Notes: generated by a model not told the origin, from the sequence alone. Positions 49,401-62,699 are shown, numbered from the stretch's first letter. The stretch: DNA of 64,000 nucleotides from Hemiscyllium ocellatum (GCF_020745735.1 NC_083448.1:2790001-2854000); one strand, 5' to 3'. Program-made: numbers and translations.

Positions 49401-51722
49401 AAAGGAACTTGTATAAAATTAGCAGTTCCTTCCACAGATTTTCGTTTACATTGAACTCCATTAGTTGCACTTGTACTTTCCATTCTCGTGTAAATGGAAC
49501 TGATAGGCAGCAATTGAAATACATGAAGTCATATTTTAGAAACTAAATATTTCCTTTGAGATTATAAATAGTCAAATGTCTTCTCTCACTCGTAGCCTTG
49601 GCTTTCTATGCTCAAAAATCTTCTGAAGCAAATCAGAGCCCATTATGGAATATACTTCCTGCTCTTCATCTGGAACAGAACACCTCGAAATGTGTGAAGA
49701 TAGAATACATTTCCATACCTTTAAAATTGGGCTCATTCATTGGACTTTCACAGAGTTGTGATGTAAGTTGTTTTGCAGGCATTTCCATATCAGGTCGGAT
49801 CTTTTGTTTGTCTTTCTTCAGGGTGGGAAATCAGCCAACGGAAAAAAAAGTGCTGCAGAGTTATGCAGTCAATGGGAATGGCAAGAGTAATTCAATGGTT
49901 CAATGGTAAATTGGACTAAGTAATACTGCTGAGAGAACACGTGTCTGAAATAAATTTCTTTTCACTGCACTGCCATTTTGAATTCAGTTTTGGAGAGAAG
50001 ACTTGAGAAAGAGGAACGACAATTTATCCATGATGGCAAGAAATTCCAGAGCGAATGGCCAATCATTGGTTTGGATACACAACGAGAACATTTAACTATA
50101 TTCCTCAAACCCAACAGGTTGACTCACAATTACCAAAGTGTGACAAGCTGCAAATAGGGACTGCCATCAATTATTCTTCTGCTGCTGTTCGACGTTCATT
50201 AGGAAAGGGGATGGGGCACATTCCCTGAGTCAATGGCCCGTGCTGAAGTCAGATGCAACAGTAAATAATACTTTTCAGAGGATAATATCTTCAACTTTTC
50301 AGAGACACAGAATTATTCTGAGAGGTTCATATCAAGTTCTTTATTCGGACAAACCTTCAGAAATAATTCGAGATATTTATTGAAAGAAAATTTTGCTGAC
50401 GTTTGGCCGAAATTTTGTAGATGGTGCACATTGCATCTACCGTGCAGCAGTGGTGGAGCAAGTCGACATTTGTGCTGTGTAGGTTATTTATTCCATATGG
50501 TGGCGAGTGCTATGTGTGTTGAGTGGGATGCAACTAACAGGGTAACTGAGTTTATTCCATGACACCCGTGACTTGTAACTTGTTTGCCAGTAGGTTCGTT
50601 GCTGCCTCATCTCTTGCTTCTGAACTGTTCTGTTATGCATTGCATTTCTTTGATTAATCCAGTTTAGTTTTTGAACAATGGTAATCAACAAGATATCGGT
50701 ATTGTTGGTATTAGATCCATGGAAGTGAAGGCAAATTTACTGCAAGACTGCAACCGAGTGAGAGAGATGCAGTAACTAACTTTACAAATTATTGCCTTTC
50801 GTGGGAGTAATCAAAAGTGCATCAGATACAGGGGTGCATCTGGAACGTGAATAGCTCCAAGTATGTAATGGTTGGACAGATAACACAAATCCTCAACGTT
50901 TGTGCAAAATTGGAGCACGCAATCCACAACTGACTTATCCATTTATCCTGATTCCCCGAATTCCACTCCATACTCTGAACATAAGACACTTGATTTTTTT
51001 ACAAAGATTAGAAAATTTACTGTGAAATTTACTGTGAGAACCTGAAATGAACTCACTGAAATTTAGCTAAGTCCAATCTAAGTATAGGGAACTGAATATT
51101 ACATAAGAGGTACTCTAATGATAGAGAGTTGATGGATTGAGATTGGCATATGTTTGAACAAAACCACCCAACTTGTCCAATTCTCTGTTGTTAACTTTAA
51201 TTCTATGAAATTATCATCTGATTGTCACCAGCAAAAGAGAGCAGTGACGCTTCTTTACTGATTCGAACACTCCTGAGTGTGAGTGCTGATGGTCGCAAAT
51301 CACTCTGGGAATGGCCATTGTGAGAAGGTCATTCCTGCTACCATACCAAGTCGAGACCTGCAACTGCGGATGCATGCAGCAGATATTTCCATTTGTCTTG
51401 ACAACAGCTTCCAGTTCTTATCAGCTACTCCTCGTGATCAGTGCTGTCACGTCATTATGCAGTGATCCTTTATCAACTTTATTCCTCACGGTAAACATCT
51501 TTCGACATCACTGGATGTCGTCATCTGTTTGTTCAAACTTTCCAAGGAAAAGAAACACATTGGAAAACTATGCAACAAAAATAAAACCCACTCACCCACG
51601 TCCCCCAGCTCCCCACGGAAAAGTAATGCAAATATAATTAAAACACCAGCGAAGAAATATCACTGAATGAAACAACGAGGAATTTCCAGCAGAAGCGAGG
51701 CACAAGTCGATGCACAAGTGAC

Positions 51723-51789
51723 ATGTATTTTCCAATCTTAACACTGAGGAGAGTATTCTATATGGCCCTTGGCATAATTGGTCTTCCTG
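51723..51789 (+). CDS. GPCR-2 exon 1 (short N-terminus and first half of TM1)
   Basis: ATG 51723, MYFPILTLRRVFYMALGIIGLP, then G|gtaagt at 51789/51790. Same phase-1 position as GPCR-1. In-frame TAA upstream at 51639. Confidence 0.82.
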
Positions 51790-52580
51790 GTAAGTGACTT
51801 ATGTTTAACTCTCCATCTTACCCCAGTTTTGAAAGTTACCAAGGAACAATAATGCTGTCTATAATATTAATTAAAATATTAATTATCCAGTTTTAGTGTG
51901 ATACCTCCATTTTTTTTCAGTTCTCCCCACTTCGTGATATTACTTGGAGAAAGTGAGAACTGCAGATGCTGGACATCAGTGTCGAAAACTGTGGCGCTCA
52001 TGTCCAAAAAATGGACTCTCCTGACTGACCTGCAGTGCTTTTTAAGTGTTACACTTCTCGAGTTTTATGACATCACTGTCATTCTGCCACTCATTCAGAA
52101 AAGATTTGCAAGCTTGTTGGCAGGCTTATGGCTTTTGAGCTGGCAGGGGAGCGTGAATAGTCTGGGATTGTTTTGTTTTGTGTGGAGCATCAGATGATGA
52201 GGGGTGACCTTACAGAGAAAATCGAAGAGCATGAATACGGTAAATCGATGAGGTAGTTTCCCTGGGTTTTTGAAGTACAGATCCAGAGGTCTTCGGTTTA
52301 AGGTGAGAGGGAATCATTTAGAAACGACCAAAGGGCCAACATTTCCACGCGCATTTTGGTGCATACATGGAATGAGTTGCCAGATAAAGTAGTGGAAGCG
52401 GATCCATTTACAACATTTAAAAGGTGTTAGGATGAGTACAGGAAGGACTTAGAGGGAGATGGGGCTAGTATTTACAAATGGGACTAGATTGGTTTCGCAT
52501 ATTGGGTTTGCTGTGGACGTAAGGTTTTGGAAGTAAGGTTTTTTTTTCCATGTTGCATATCATTAGGGGTCCATGACGCT

Positions 52581-53405
52581 ATAGAACATAGAACAATACA
52601 GTGCAGAGCAGGCCCTTCGGCCCGCGATGTTGCACCGATCTGTGAAGTATTCTCAGCTCGGCCCCGTACACTATCCCAAAACCATCTCCAGGCTTATCTA
52701 AGGATAGTTTAAATCTCCCTAAAGCGTGTGAGTTGACGAACTTGGCAGGTAGGGCATTCCACGCCTTTACCATCATGTGTGTAAAGAACTTGCCTCTGAC
52801 TTCAATCTATAATCTATCACCCCTCAATTTTTAGTTGTGCCCTCTCGTACAAGCTGACGTCATAATCCTAGGAAAAGGTCTTTCTCTGTCTCCCCTATCT
52901 AATCCTCTGATCATCTTATATGTCTGTATCAAATTCTCCCATGGCCTTCTTCTTTCCAATGAGGAAAGACCCAAGTCTCTCAGCCTTTCCTCATAAGACC
53001 TTCCCTCCAGACCCGGCAACATCCTGGTCAATTTCCTCTGCACCTTTTCCAATGCTTCCACATCCTTTTTGTAATGGAGCGACCAGAACTGTACACAATA
53101 TTCCAAATGTAGCCGCACCAGCGTTTTGTATAGTTGCAGCATGATATTGCGGTTCTGGAACTCAATCCCTTTACCAATGAAATCTAACACTCCGTAAGGC
53201 TTCTTAACAATACTATTCACCTGGGTGGCAACTTTCAGGAAACTATGCACTCCAAGATCCCTCTACACATCCACACTACCAAGAATCTTTCCATTGACCA
53301 AGAACTCCACCATCCTGTTATTCTACCACAAAGTGCATCACCTCATATTTAGCTGCATTGAACTCCATTTGTTACCTCTCAGCCCAGTTCTGCAGTTTAT
53401 CCAAT
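52581..53405 (-). mobile_element. CR1 3' fragment within the GPCR-2 intron
   Basis: ATAGAAC tail; LKVATQVN..LQLYKTLVRLHLEYCVQFWS..RSYEERLRDLGL. Further decayed plus-strand CR1 pieces at about 52100-52520 and 54400-55250. Confidence 0.9.
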
Positions 53406-56149
53406 CCTCCTCCCCCCTGTGACACTATGATAATAAAACGACAAATATCTCGGGAAAATCATTCAGAGGCCGAGGAAACCTACACTGATGAATACGGATC
53501 CTCAACAGTGACGTGCGGGATGGATTTTCTTTCAGTTCTGTACAGGTCAGAAAGCTCTTCTTGGTAGGGATTTTTTATTTAAATTCAATATATCATGTGA
53601 GTTTCTACGAATGAACAGCAAGTAATCCGAGAAAATTTGCGAACATTTACTGCCTTTGCACTGGGGAAAGAGATCCAGAAGGGGAGTTCACCTCGACAGC
53701 TGCAATGTCAGAGAAAGTGGAAAGTCCATGTCATCAGCACGTTATGGTAGAATTAGACCACATGTTCAAATTTGGTGAAAGGTCTTGGAATTGATGAGAG
53801 GAAACCCAGAAACAAATGCTTGTGGATTGACAACAGAATGGCATGGTCCAAAAATTGTCGAAGAAATTACTTTAAGGTCCGAATGCTAAATAATCAGTGT
53901 TTGAAATGTCCAGGGAGAACACAGTACGTAAGAAATCTGATGTCAAATGAATATAGAGCATTATTGAAAGTGTAACCTCTTGTAACCATGGAACTTGAGC
54001 ATGGAAACACAAGACAGCCTTCACTGAGGCTCTATGTATCTGTAAACTCGTTGGGGTGGTAAATGAACTTCATGATATTTTGATTGGGATCATTTCAGGG
54101 TGTAACATAGTTTGTACAAGACTGTTGCGCAAAAAGGTTTTACATGTTTTATTTAATGAAAGCACGGTAACACCGTTATCTGAGCACGTCCAGTAACTGA
54201 TCTTTGTTGCTTGTTGTCTACTAACACTGATGTCATTCTGGGGTGCCCCGTCTTCAACATTAAGATTAGTTGATAACAAAACTATATGCGTAACACCTGA
54301 AAATGTTCCAATTTTCCCCAGTTACTGCGTAATAATTTCAGGAGCCCAGTTTAAAACGGTGTGACAAAGGAATCAGTGAATGATCTCTCATTGTTTGTGG
54401 CGTTCATAAATAGGGCAGATGAAAATGTGACGATGAGGTAGGGAGCTATAATTAATTTTCTGGATGACACAAAGGTGAGCCTGGTGTTGCTGGTGAAGTG
54501 GAAGATGTTATTTTTCCATGTATTAATGCATTGATCATATGGAACTATGAATCACAGGTGGAACATAACCCTGATAAATGTAAAGTGACGACCTTTGGAA
54601 GATTGAGCAAGCCACAGAGAGGACATAAAATATGGCAGAACCCAAGCAGTCTCACGTAATAGAGGGTTCTTGGCTTACGGTTCCACAGACCCCTGAAAGT
54701 GGCAGAAAGTTTCATAATGCAGTTTAGTGGATTTCGGGAACCCTTGCATTTATCGCTCCTGCAGTAGCTGATAATAACGAATATGTCACATTTGAGAAAG
54801 TCAGATCTTTGTTCAGGTGACAAGTGCAGTGGTGTGTGCATTTCAGATCATTATATTCTAGATTGGATGAGCTAACTGAAGCGCGAGTGCAACCGGGATG
54901 CATAAGGTTATTGCCCGGGAAGGAAGCATTTCCGCTACTAGGGCAGATGGAGAAGCTCCCATTGTTTTCTTTGAAGCAGGTAAGAGCCGAAAGTATGGAG
55001 GACTTTAAAATTATGACGGTCATGAAAAGAGTGAAATAAACTTGCCTGTTACCGTTCTTTGAAATTTCAAAGGCAAACCGACAAACTTTACAAGTGCAGG
55101 TATTGAGTATGAGAAGAGGTTGCAGGACAATAATTTCACCAAGCGGATTCTGGGTTTCTGGAATGCACTGCCTGGGAGATTAAGTCAACGAGAATCCTCA
55201 TACCAGAAAAAGAAGAAGAGCACTTGAAATCTTGTTATATTTAATGACATGCGCTCAGTTCAGAAAGGTTAAGCAACTGTCGATTTGTTGCATTTTTCAT
55301 TGTGCAAAATCCATCGGTCAGGGAACCTAACCTTTACAGTATGTTTCTGTGTTTTTTTCGCTATAGAATTGTTCTCAAACTGGATACCTGACTGGATTCA
55401 AACACCTGATCCAATTAACGATGCTTTGAGTTCAGGATCCATTCATGTATTTCGGTGCAAATATATCAAGTTGGTGCACCACATTATTTTAAAGTCAAGC
55501 AGATTAAGCATCTTCTGGAACTGATTCATCTCCTTCACTGAGCACAACTCTGAAAACCTTAAGTTCTATGACGGAAATAACTTCATTGAGAGGAAAGTAC
55601 AAATGACTGTCATTACCTAACAATACGTTTACTGCCTTTGCAACTGAAATGTTGGCATTTAAACCAAATAGACTACAACTGTCTTCATCCTGCACATAAC
55701 CCTATTTCTATTTCAGCTCTTTCAACCTTATGAACGCATCCTGACATTCCTGTCTCCTTCATGCATAAATGTTATCGTTATCGTTTTGTCATGGCTGCAA
55801 GTCCACATCGACAAAACAGATGACTCTGGTGTCTGAGTCTATCAGAGAATCTATTAGTAGCTATTTTCCCTTTCAGCGCACTATCACAAATGGAAATGCG
55901 TTCGTCAGGTTTTCGCACAAACAATTCCATTGTAATTTGAAAACCCAGTGGTTGATCAATAACATTCTCTTATTGCAAGGACAAAATCACAAGCATTTCA
56001 ATATAGCTCAAATGTCAAAATTTCTAAAGGCATTATCCTTGCAAATACCAGACATAACTGAATTAATAACTTCACGTGTCTTGAGTTTGGGAAACCCTGA
56101 CTTCACAGTGTTTTATTTTAAACTGCCGTATGTCTAAGTTAACACACAT

Positions 56150-56465
56150 AGAATTATCTTTTAGAATAGCGTACTATAGTGTGGAAACAGGATCTTCGGC
56201 CCAACAAGTCCATACCGAACTCCAGAAGAGTAACCAAACAGAGCGACCCTCTGACATTTTTGCCCTGACTAACGAATCTAACCTACACATCCCTGACCAT
56301 GATGGGCAATTTAACATGGCCAATTCACCTAACCTGCATATCACTGGATTGTTGAAGGAAACACAGTCAGGCTAGGGCAGAATGTGCAAACAGTCACTCG
56401 AGGCGGAATTGAACCCAGGTCCACGGCGTTCTGAGACAGCAGTGTCAATCACTGAGCCACCATGT
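56150..56465 (-). mobile_element. Degenerate HE1-type SINE in the GPCR-2 intron
   Basis: AGTGTGGAAACAGG..CGGCCCAACAAGTCCA, CATGGCCAATTCACCTAACCTGCA, GAATTGAACCCAGG. Confidence 0.8.
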
Positions 56466-57000
56466 CAACTCTTTTAATTGTCGAACAGAAGTGGTCCAAT
56501 GTTTTATTTTGTTTGTGCTTGTATAGTGTCGTCAAACCGATACTTCAATTCTAATCCTTCCTCCATGTAACACCAAGAAAAGAGGTTGTTCCGAGATTTT
56601 GTTTTAAATCCAATGGCAGTGTTCTGAGTGTGCAGGAAGTGTTCTCTTAATCTGAACTGTAATATAATGTCAAGCTTGGGTTTTCCCAATTCTGGAATTT
56701 GGCTAAATGCATAGATGGTTCCAGACACAAGTTTTTCTTTGTCCCTGATTCTAATATTAACCTGTCTACCTTCGCCCTATGTGCAATGTGGCACACGCTC
56801 ACATTCCCTTTGCGTTCAACATGGAGGCTCAGCATTGGAAACATATGGGTGACATAATGATTATTGAGAATGTCTTGTTCAAATCTATTCACTTACACAG
56901 TGTTACAAAGACCTAAGCATTACCATCTTGCTGCAAAAGTGGATAATGTTTGTTTGTATTTTGCAGTGTGTATTGTTTTCTTTTTCTCTTTCTTTTGCAG

Positions 57001-57872
57001 TCAATTTATTGACGGTTGCGATTTTGTCCCGAGGAAATTGTGGACTGTCTACCTGCACCACATGTTACCTGCTGGCCATGGCGGTGATGGATCTGTTGTT
57101 CGTTATCTTTGAGATCATACTCAGGCAAATCAGATATGATTACTTCCCCACATCCTTTCTTGACATCACCCCAGTTTGTAGTGTTCACTATACTCTATGC
57201 CGTGCAGTCATAGATTGCTCTGCCTGGTTTACTATCGCATTCACCTTAGATCGACATGTTACCATTTGTTGTGAGAAGTTGAAATTGAAATTCTGTACTA
57301 AGAAAACTGCCACCATAATCTTAGTAACATCTGGAATTCTGCTTTGTTTGAAAAATATTCCAATATACTTTAGATTTCGACCATTCACGATTGTAGACAA
57401 TGTACCATGGGGCTGTTCTCATTCGTACGCATATTATTATGATCCTACTTGGAGAGCATTTAAATACTTTGAAAAATTTTTAACTCCAGTACTTCCATTT
57501 ATTTTAATTCTGTTCTTCAACACTCTGACAGTGAAGCACATTTTCATGGCCAGTCAAGTTCGTAAGGGCCTGAGGGGTCTGAAGGATCAAAATAAGGGAG
57601 ACACCTCAAGGGATCCAGAGGTGGAGAATCGGAAGCAGTCTGTGAATTTGCTCTTATCCATATCTGGCTCCTTCATTTTTCTGTGGTTATGGTATATGTT
57701 ATCTTATTTTGGTGTTTACAGTCATTTAGATGATCAAGGGGAATATATATTTCAAACGTTTGCATACATGTTGCGGAATTTGAATTGTTGCACAAACACC
57801 ATTGTTTATGTTGCAATTCTCTCGAAGTTCAGAGAGAAACTCAAAAACCCACTGGAAGCTATTTTTACATAA
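57001..57872 (+). CDS. GPCR-2 exon 2: class A 7TM receptor, GPR139/GPR142-like
   Basis: Long pyrimidine tract + ttttgcag|TC AAT at 57000/57001. VNLLTVAIL, YLLAMAVMDLL, TPVC, FTLDRHVTICC, PWGC, LTPVLPF..FN, DPEVENRKQS, FLW, NCCTNTIVY, KFRE. With exon 1 it gives 939 nt = 312 aa. Confidence 0.93.
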
Positions 57873-58777
57873 ATGATGTGACAAGGAAAGCGATCAAAGT
57901 GAAACGAGAATCAACGCCAGAGCGCACCACGATGAGGAAAAAGAATGTAGAAGTGATATTAACCGTTTAGAAGAATTGGAAAGCTGGAGAATCAGAAGAA
58001 CACTGGCAGGAGCTGTTGGATTAGAAACAACAGAGCATTGAAGTGTTGAGGTGACTTTCTGAAGACCTGAAGTTGCTGAAAAGTAGGGCAAAACTCAGCA
58101 ACGCTGATTAAAAGGAAATATAGAAAAGAGAGCAGAATGGAAATAAGTCGATAAGATATATGAACAGCAGTGTGTATTTCAACTTTTTGAGCACTTTGCT
58201 AAATTAACCAGATCATTGTTGATGAACTCGATCCGCTCTGTTTTCTGCATCATATCTGAATTGTTTGATGTCGTTGAATGCAAAAGTTTGACAATCTCAG
58301 TGTTTATTAACTGAGGGCTGAAAACACACGAAGAGTCAGACATGCTGGAGAGAAGTCACCAAAACTGACCTTCGAGTGTCAAAACGTAAAGTGGGGATGA
58401 CGACAGTCAGAATACCTACTGCAGTGCAGGAAGTGAAACAGGTTCAGCAGCCATTTCTCCAATTCCACTGTAATTCGACTCTAATCTCCTCACAGATGGT
58501 CAGGCTGGATTGGAGGTGGGGGGGGGGGGGGGAGGTAGGAGAGTGTAGTAGGGAAGAAAACACAATGTTGGAAAACAAAACTGCTCGTGTCAGTTCTTTT
58601 TATGAATTTTAATGACATTCACGTTGTCAAACCCGTTTCTGAGCCTGAATTAATTCCACTTCTGAGTTGTCCTTCTGGTAACTTTCTTTCTTCATTCGAG
58701 ATATCACCGTGTCAGCCTCGTCTCATAAAACTTCATTCCTTCTATTGCATCCTCTTGACTCGATTGTTCCAATAGAT

Positions 58778-59832
58778 AAAAATCACACAACACCAGGTTC
58801 TCGTCCAACAGGTTTAATTGGAAGCACACTAGCTTTCGGAGCGACGCTCCTTCATCAGGTGATCGTGGAGGGCTCGATCGTAACACAGAATTTATAGCAA
58901 TAATTTACAGTGTGATGTAACTGAAATTATACATTGAAAAATTGATTGTCTGTTAAGCCTTTTATCTGTTAGAATACAGTGATAGTTTCACTTCCTTCAT
59001 GTGTAAATCACATGTGTAAATTAAGTTACATTCTCTGGTTAGCTGTTAACAATGGTGATAGCTAGACAATATGATGAAGTTGTTGGTCGCCTGTATTCTC
59101 TGTCTATGCCATGATTTTTAGATTGATTCTAATCTAAAAAGTGAGATAACAGAGTTTTACATAAATTCATGCTATTTTTGAGCTCAGGGTTATACATTAA
59201 TGCATGCAGTTTTTGAGCAAAGTACAATGTAACTCTGCAAGTACAAATTCACCCCACAAAATATATGTGTGCATGTGGGTCTTTGTCTGTCTGTATGTGT
59301 ATGTTTGTCTGGGGTGGGGGTTGTGAGTGTGAGAAAGTGTGTATGTGAGAGTGTGTGTGTGCGCAGGAATATCTGTGTGAGTGTGTGTGTAGAGCAATGG
59401 TGATCACCCGTAATGTGACATGAACCCAAGGTCCCGTTTGAGGCCCTCCCTATGGCTACCGAACTTATCTATCAGCCTCTGCTCGGCCACTTTTCTCTGC
59501 TGCCTGTCCCGAAGTCCATCTTGGATGGTGGTCACCCGAAGGTCCGAGGCTGAATGTCCTGGACCACTGAAGTGTTCCCCAACTGGGAGGGAACCCTCCT
59601 GTCTGTTGATTGTTGTGTGGTGGCTTTCACCCATTGTCATAGTCTTTGCTCGGTTTCCCCAAGTACCATGCCTCCGGGCATCCTTGCCTGCAATGTATAA
59701 GATATACAACGTTGGCTGAATCACCTGAGTACCTGCCATGTACAAGGTGGGAGGTGTTCCCAAGCGTAATAGTGGCATCTATGTCCACAATCTGGCATGT
59801 CTTGCAGTGTTCACCGTGGCAGCTCCAAATCA
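58778..59832 (-). mobile_element. Penelope-like element 3' fragment of a second family (GIY-YIG domain, CA-rich UTR, hammerhead)
   Basis: CHGEHCKTC..NVVYLIHCRQGCPEAWYLG, PVGEHF..H, KVAEQRLIDKF..GL. Flanked by a 13-bp direct repeat TGTTCCAATAGAT (58765-58777, 59833-59845). Confidence 0.9.
58827..58861 (-). ncRNA. Minimal type I hammerhead ribozyme motif
   Basis: CAC-CTGATGA-A-GGAGC GTC GCTCC-GAAA-GC-TA-GTG: intact core, 5-bp stem II, palindromic AGCT stem III, 3-bp stem I. Predicted cleavage after 58830. Confidence 0.8.
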
Positions 59833-62087
59833 TGTTCCAATAGATGTCTGCGTTGCCTCAGAAATCGCCAACATTTTAAAACTGGAGTTAGCAATCTCAC
59901 TGCTGCCTGTTACTCAATTCAAAACAGGTCCCTATAAACAAAACTCAAACAATGCTTATTGATCACATTCAGGATCCTCATTTCCCTTTATATCGAAATC
60001 AATTTGGTAACACTCGCACATCTGCCATTTCATTAGATATTGGGGACACTGAATCCATATTTTCTTTCCGACCTTTAAAATATATTTCGAAGAAACCCTT
60101 CGTTACATTCTCAGGTTAAACCAGTCTATTCAACTCTTCAAGCTTCCTTGTGTCTGCTAGTGACCAGTAGGGAACCATACAGATGAGTCATTGGTGCCCA
60201 GCTATTCCCAAAACACATTAATGATTTAGATGAGGTAAACAAATAATATCCTCAGTTTTCTAAACAGCACAAAGGAGGAAGAATTGTACGTAGGACGCAG
60301 CTATTCTTCGGTGCAATTGGGACAAGTTGGTGGAATGGGCAAGCATAAGCTTTATGCAGTACCATATGGATGAAAGTGAGACTATCCATTTGAGGAGCAA
60401 TATAATGAAGATATTTTTATTTCAATCGCAATCAACTGTGGAAGATTTGGATGCAAGGAGAATTATCCTTTGGCTAGTGTCGGAACTGAAGCAGAGGCAG
60501 TAATAGGAACTGCATACAAATCAATTGAAATATACTGACGAGCGAATGAGTTAAAATCCAAGGAAGAAACTGAGTGGAGATTACGAGGAGAGAAGAGAGG
60601 TGATGGGTAGTGGGCTAGCAGACAAAGTGGGATACAGTTAACATTTTAAGAAATGAATATAAACAGCAAAAGTGTTCAAGAGAGTATGACAATAAGTAAA
60701 GTCATGTAATAAGCGTTTGAATAACATAGTAAATTGACGCTGTTTGCTCAGTGACTCTGACTACCATGAAGTAGACGATTGATTTCCATTTGTCAATGGA
60801 ATGTTCCCCTTACCTTAATAAAGACTTACTTGGGGATAATTCCAAGTAATTTTTGTTTGAGTAATTTGTCGAATGGGGGCGTCGCTGAATGGCCAGAATG
60901 TTTTACTTGTCCCCATTTCCCTCGAGAATATAATTTGTGAGCTGGGTTCTTGAACTGCTGGAGTACACCTGCTGTGGGTTGACACACAATGTTATTGGGG
61001 GTGAATTCAGGATTTCGAAACAGTAACAGTCAATGAACGTGGATATATTTACGAGTCAGGATGGAGGGTGTCTTGGAAATACACTTGAAGTTGATGCTGT
61101 TCCAACGTTTTTGATACCTTTGTCTTCCAAGATGTAAGCGGCCATGGCTTTGCAAGGTGCTTTCTTCGGATCATGATCAAGATCATGGCACATGATCTTG
61201 GAACTTTCGTTTGGAATCTATGTTCACTTTATCGCTTGATATCATTTATCAAAACTGCTGTGTGACCTTTTCAAATTCATATGAGAACCAGATTCCCCAT
61301 TCACTTAACCATAACGACCATGCCTGTCGTATTATGCATTCGTAAACAACATGCTGCTAATTTCTCATAGGTTTTAGCACTTGTCTTGATGCCAGAAAGG
61401 ATACCAAAGTAGCCCATATCTTCCTGATTTCTTCTCCTCTTTCTTTGCTGTATGACGGCGATTCTTTAGTGGAACAAATAAATTTAAAGAATAGGAACAG
61501 GAAATGGTCAGTAAAGTGTTTCGCTAAGATAAATTAAAAATTGGCTCGCAAAGCCTGCGTTAGCTGCGAATTTCTCTATTGTGTGTACTGTTATAGTGTA
61601 GTCCTAGGTCTTTTTCACATGTCCACAACTGGACGAAATATGTCAGCTGAGGTCGAACAAGCTTCTTGTATAACTTCATTGTCACTTCCTTGCTCTTTTT
61701 TCTGTTAATAATGCCGGTAAGACAGATTGCTATTTTTAATTCTGACTCCAACAGTCATGTTAAATTTAAAACTCTGTGCATAGAAATCATCAAGTACCTC
61801 TCTCTCCACCGCCCCGCCCCCCCAACACACACACCCCACCCCCCACTCCAGGCCACGCTTCCCGCCAATGCCATTTGTATTGGCTTTGAATGTTCTTCTG
61901 ATCAAAATACAGCAGCACATACCTCGCCACACTTGACAACATCTGCTACCTATCCACGCACTCGACCATCTCTCATTGGCTTTTCACTCTTCTCCCACAT
62001 TTAGTATCGTTAACACAGTGTGGATGAGTTACATGCACATTAAGATCCAGATTGTAAAGTAAACGTCATTGGAGACTCCATAAGAAA

Positions 62088-62395
62088 ATGGCACAGTGGC
62101 TGAGTGATTAGCACTGCTGCCTAACAGCGCCAGGAATCCGTTTTCGATTCCAATCTTCAGCGACTCTCTGTGTGGAGCTTGCACCTTGTCTCCATTTCTG
62201 AGTGAGTTTCCTCAGAGATGCACTGGATTCTTTCCACAGTCACAAAGATATGCAGCTTTTGTGAATTGGCCAAGCTAAATTTCCTGTGGTGTGCAAGTCA
62301 GAGGAAATGTTGGGCTATGGGTGGGATACTTTCCCGTGGGTCAGTGTGGTCCTGTTGGCCTGAACGGCAATTTCTGCACTGTTAGGATTCTAATT
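62088..62395 (+). mobile_element. Degenerate HE1-type SINE
   Basis: TGGCACAGTGGCTGAGTGATTAGCACTGCTGCC head, GTGAATTGGCCAAGCTAAATT core. Confidence 0.78.
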
Positions 62396-62699
62396 CTAAA
62401 AATCTTCTCTCGTTCAAAAAATAAATGACTATTACTCCGGTTTCAAGGACTCAGCCAATGTTGTCTCCATGCTCTGCACTGTCTGTTTTGAACAATGCCT
62501 AAAAACCTTGTTCAATGGTCTGTATATAATATGGTACATTGCTCCTTCTGTAAAATCTGTGTATATCACATCAATAGTGTTACTCTCATAAAGCCTGTTA
62601 TCTTTCAAACAAAAATATTTTCAATGTTAAGAGTATCTTGCACATGTCGTGAACAATGCATTCATATTCTAACTTTTCACCATGAGTGTGCATAATTTG

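Noticed and set aside
56928-57000. N-terminus MLQKWIMFVCILQCVLFSFSLSFA of the 314-aa ORF
   Set aside because: It is a translated polypyrimidine tract ending in the acceptor at 57000. Exon 1 at 51723-51789 supplies the GLP TM1 half.
58827-58861. Hammerhead as a 3' UTR regulator of GPCR-2, about 1 kb past its stop
   Set aside because: The motif is on the opposite strand to the GPCR-2 mRNA.
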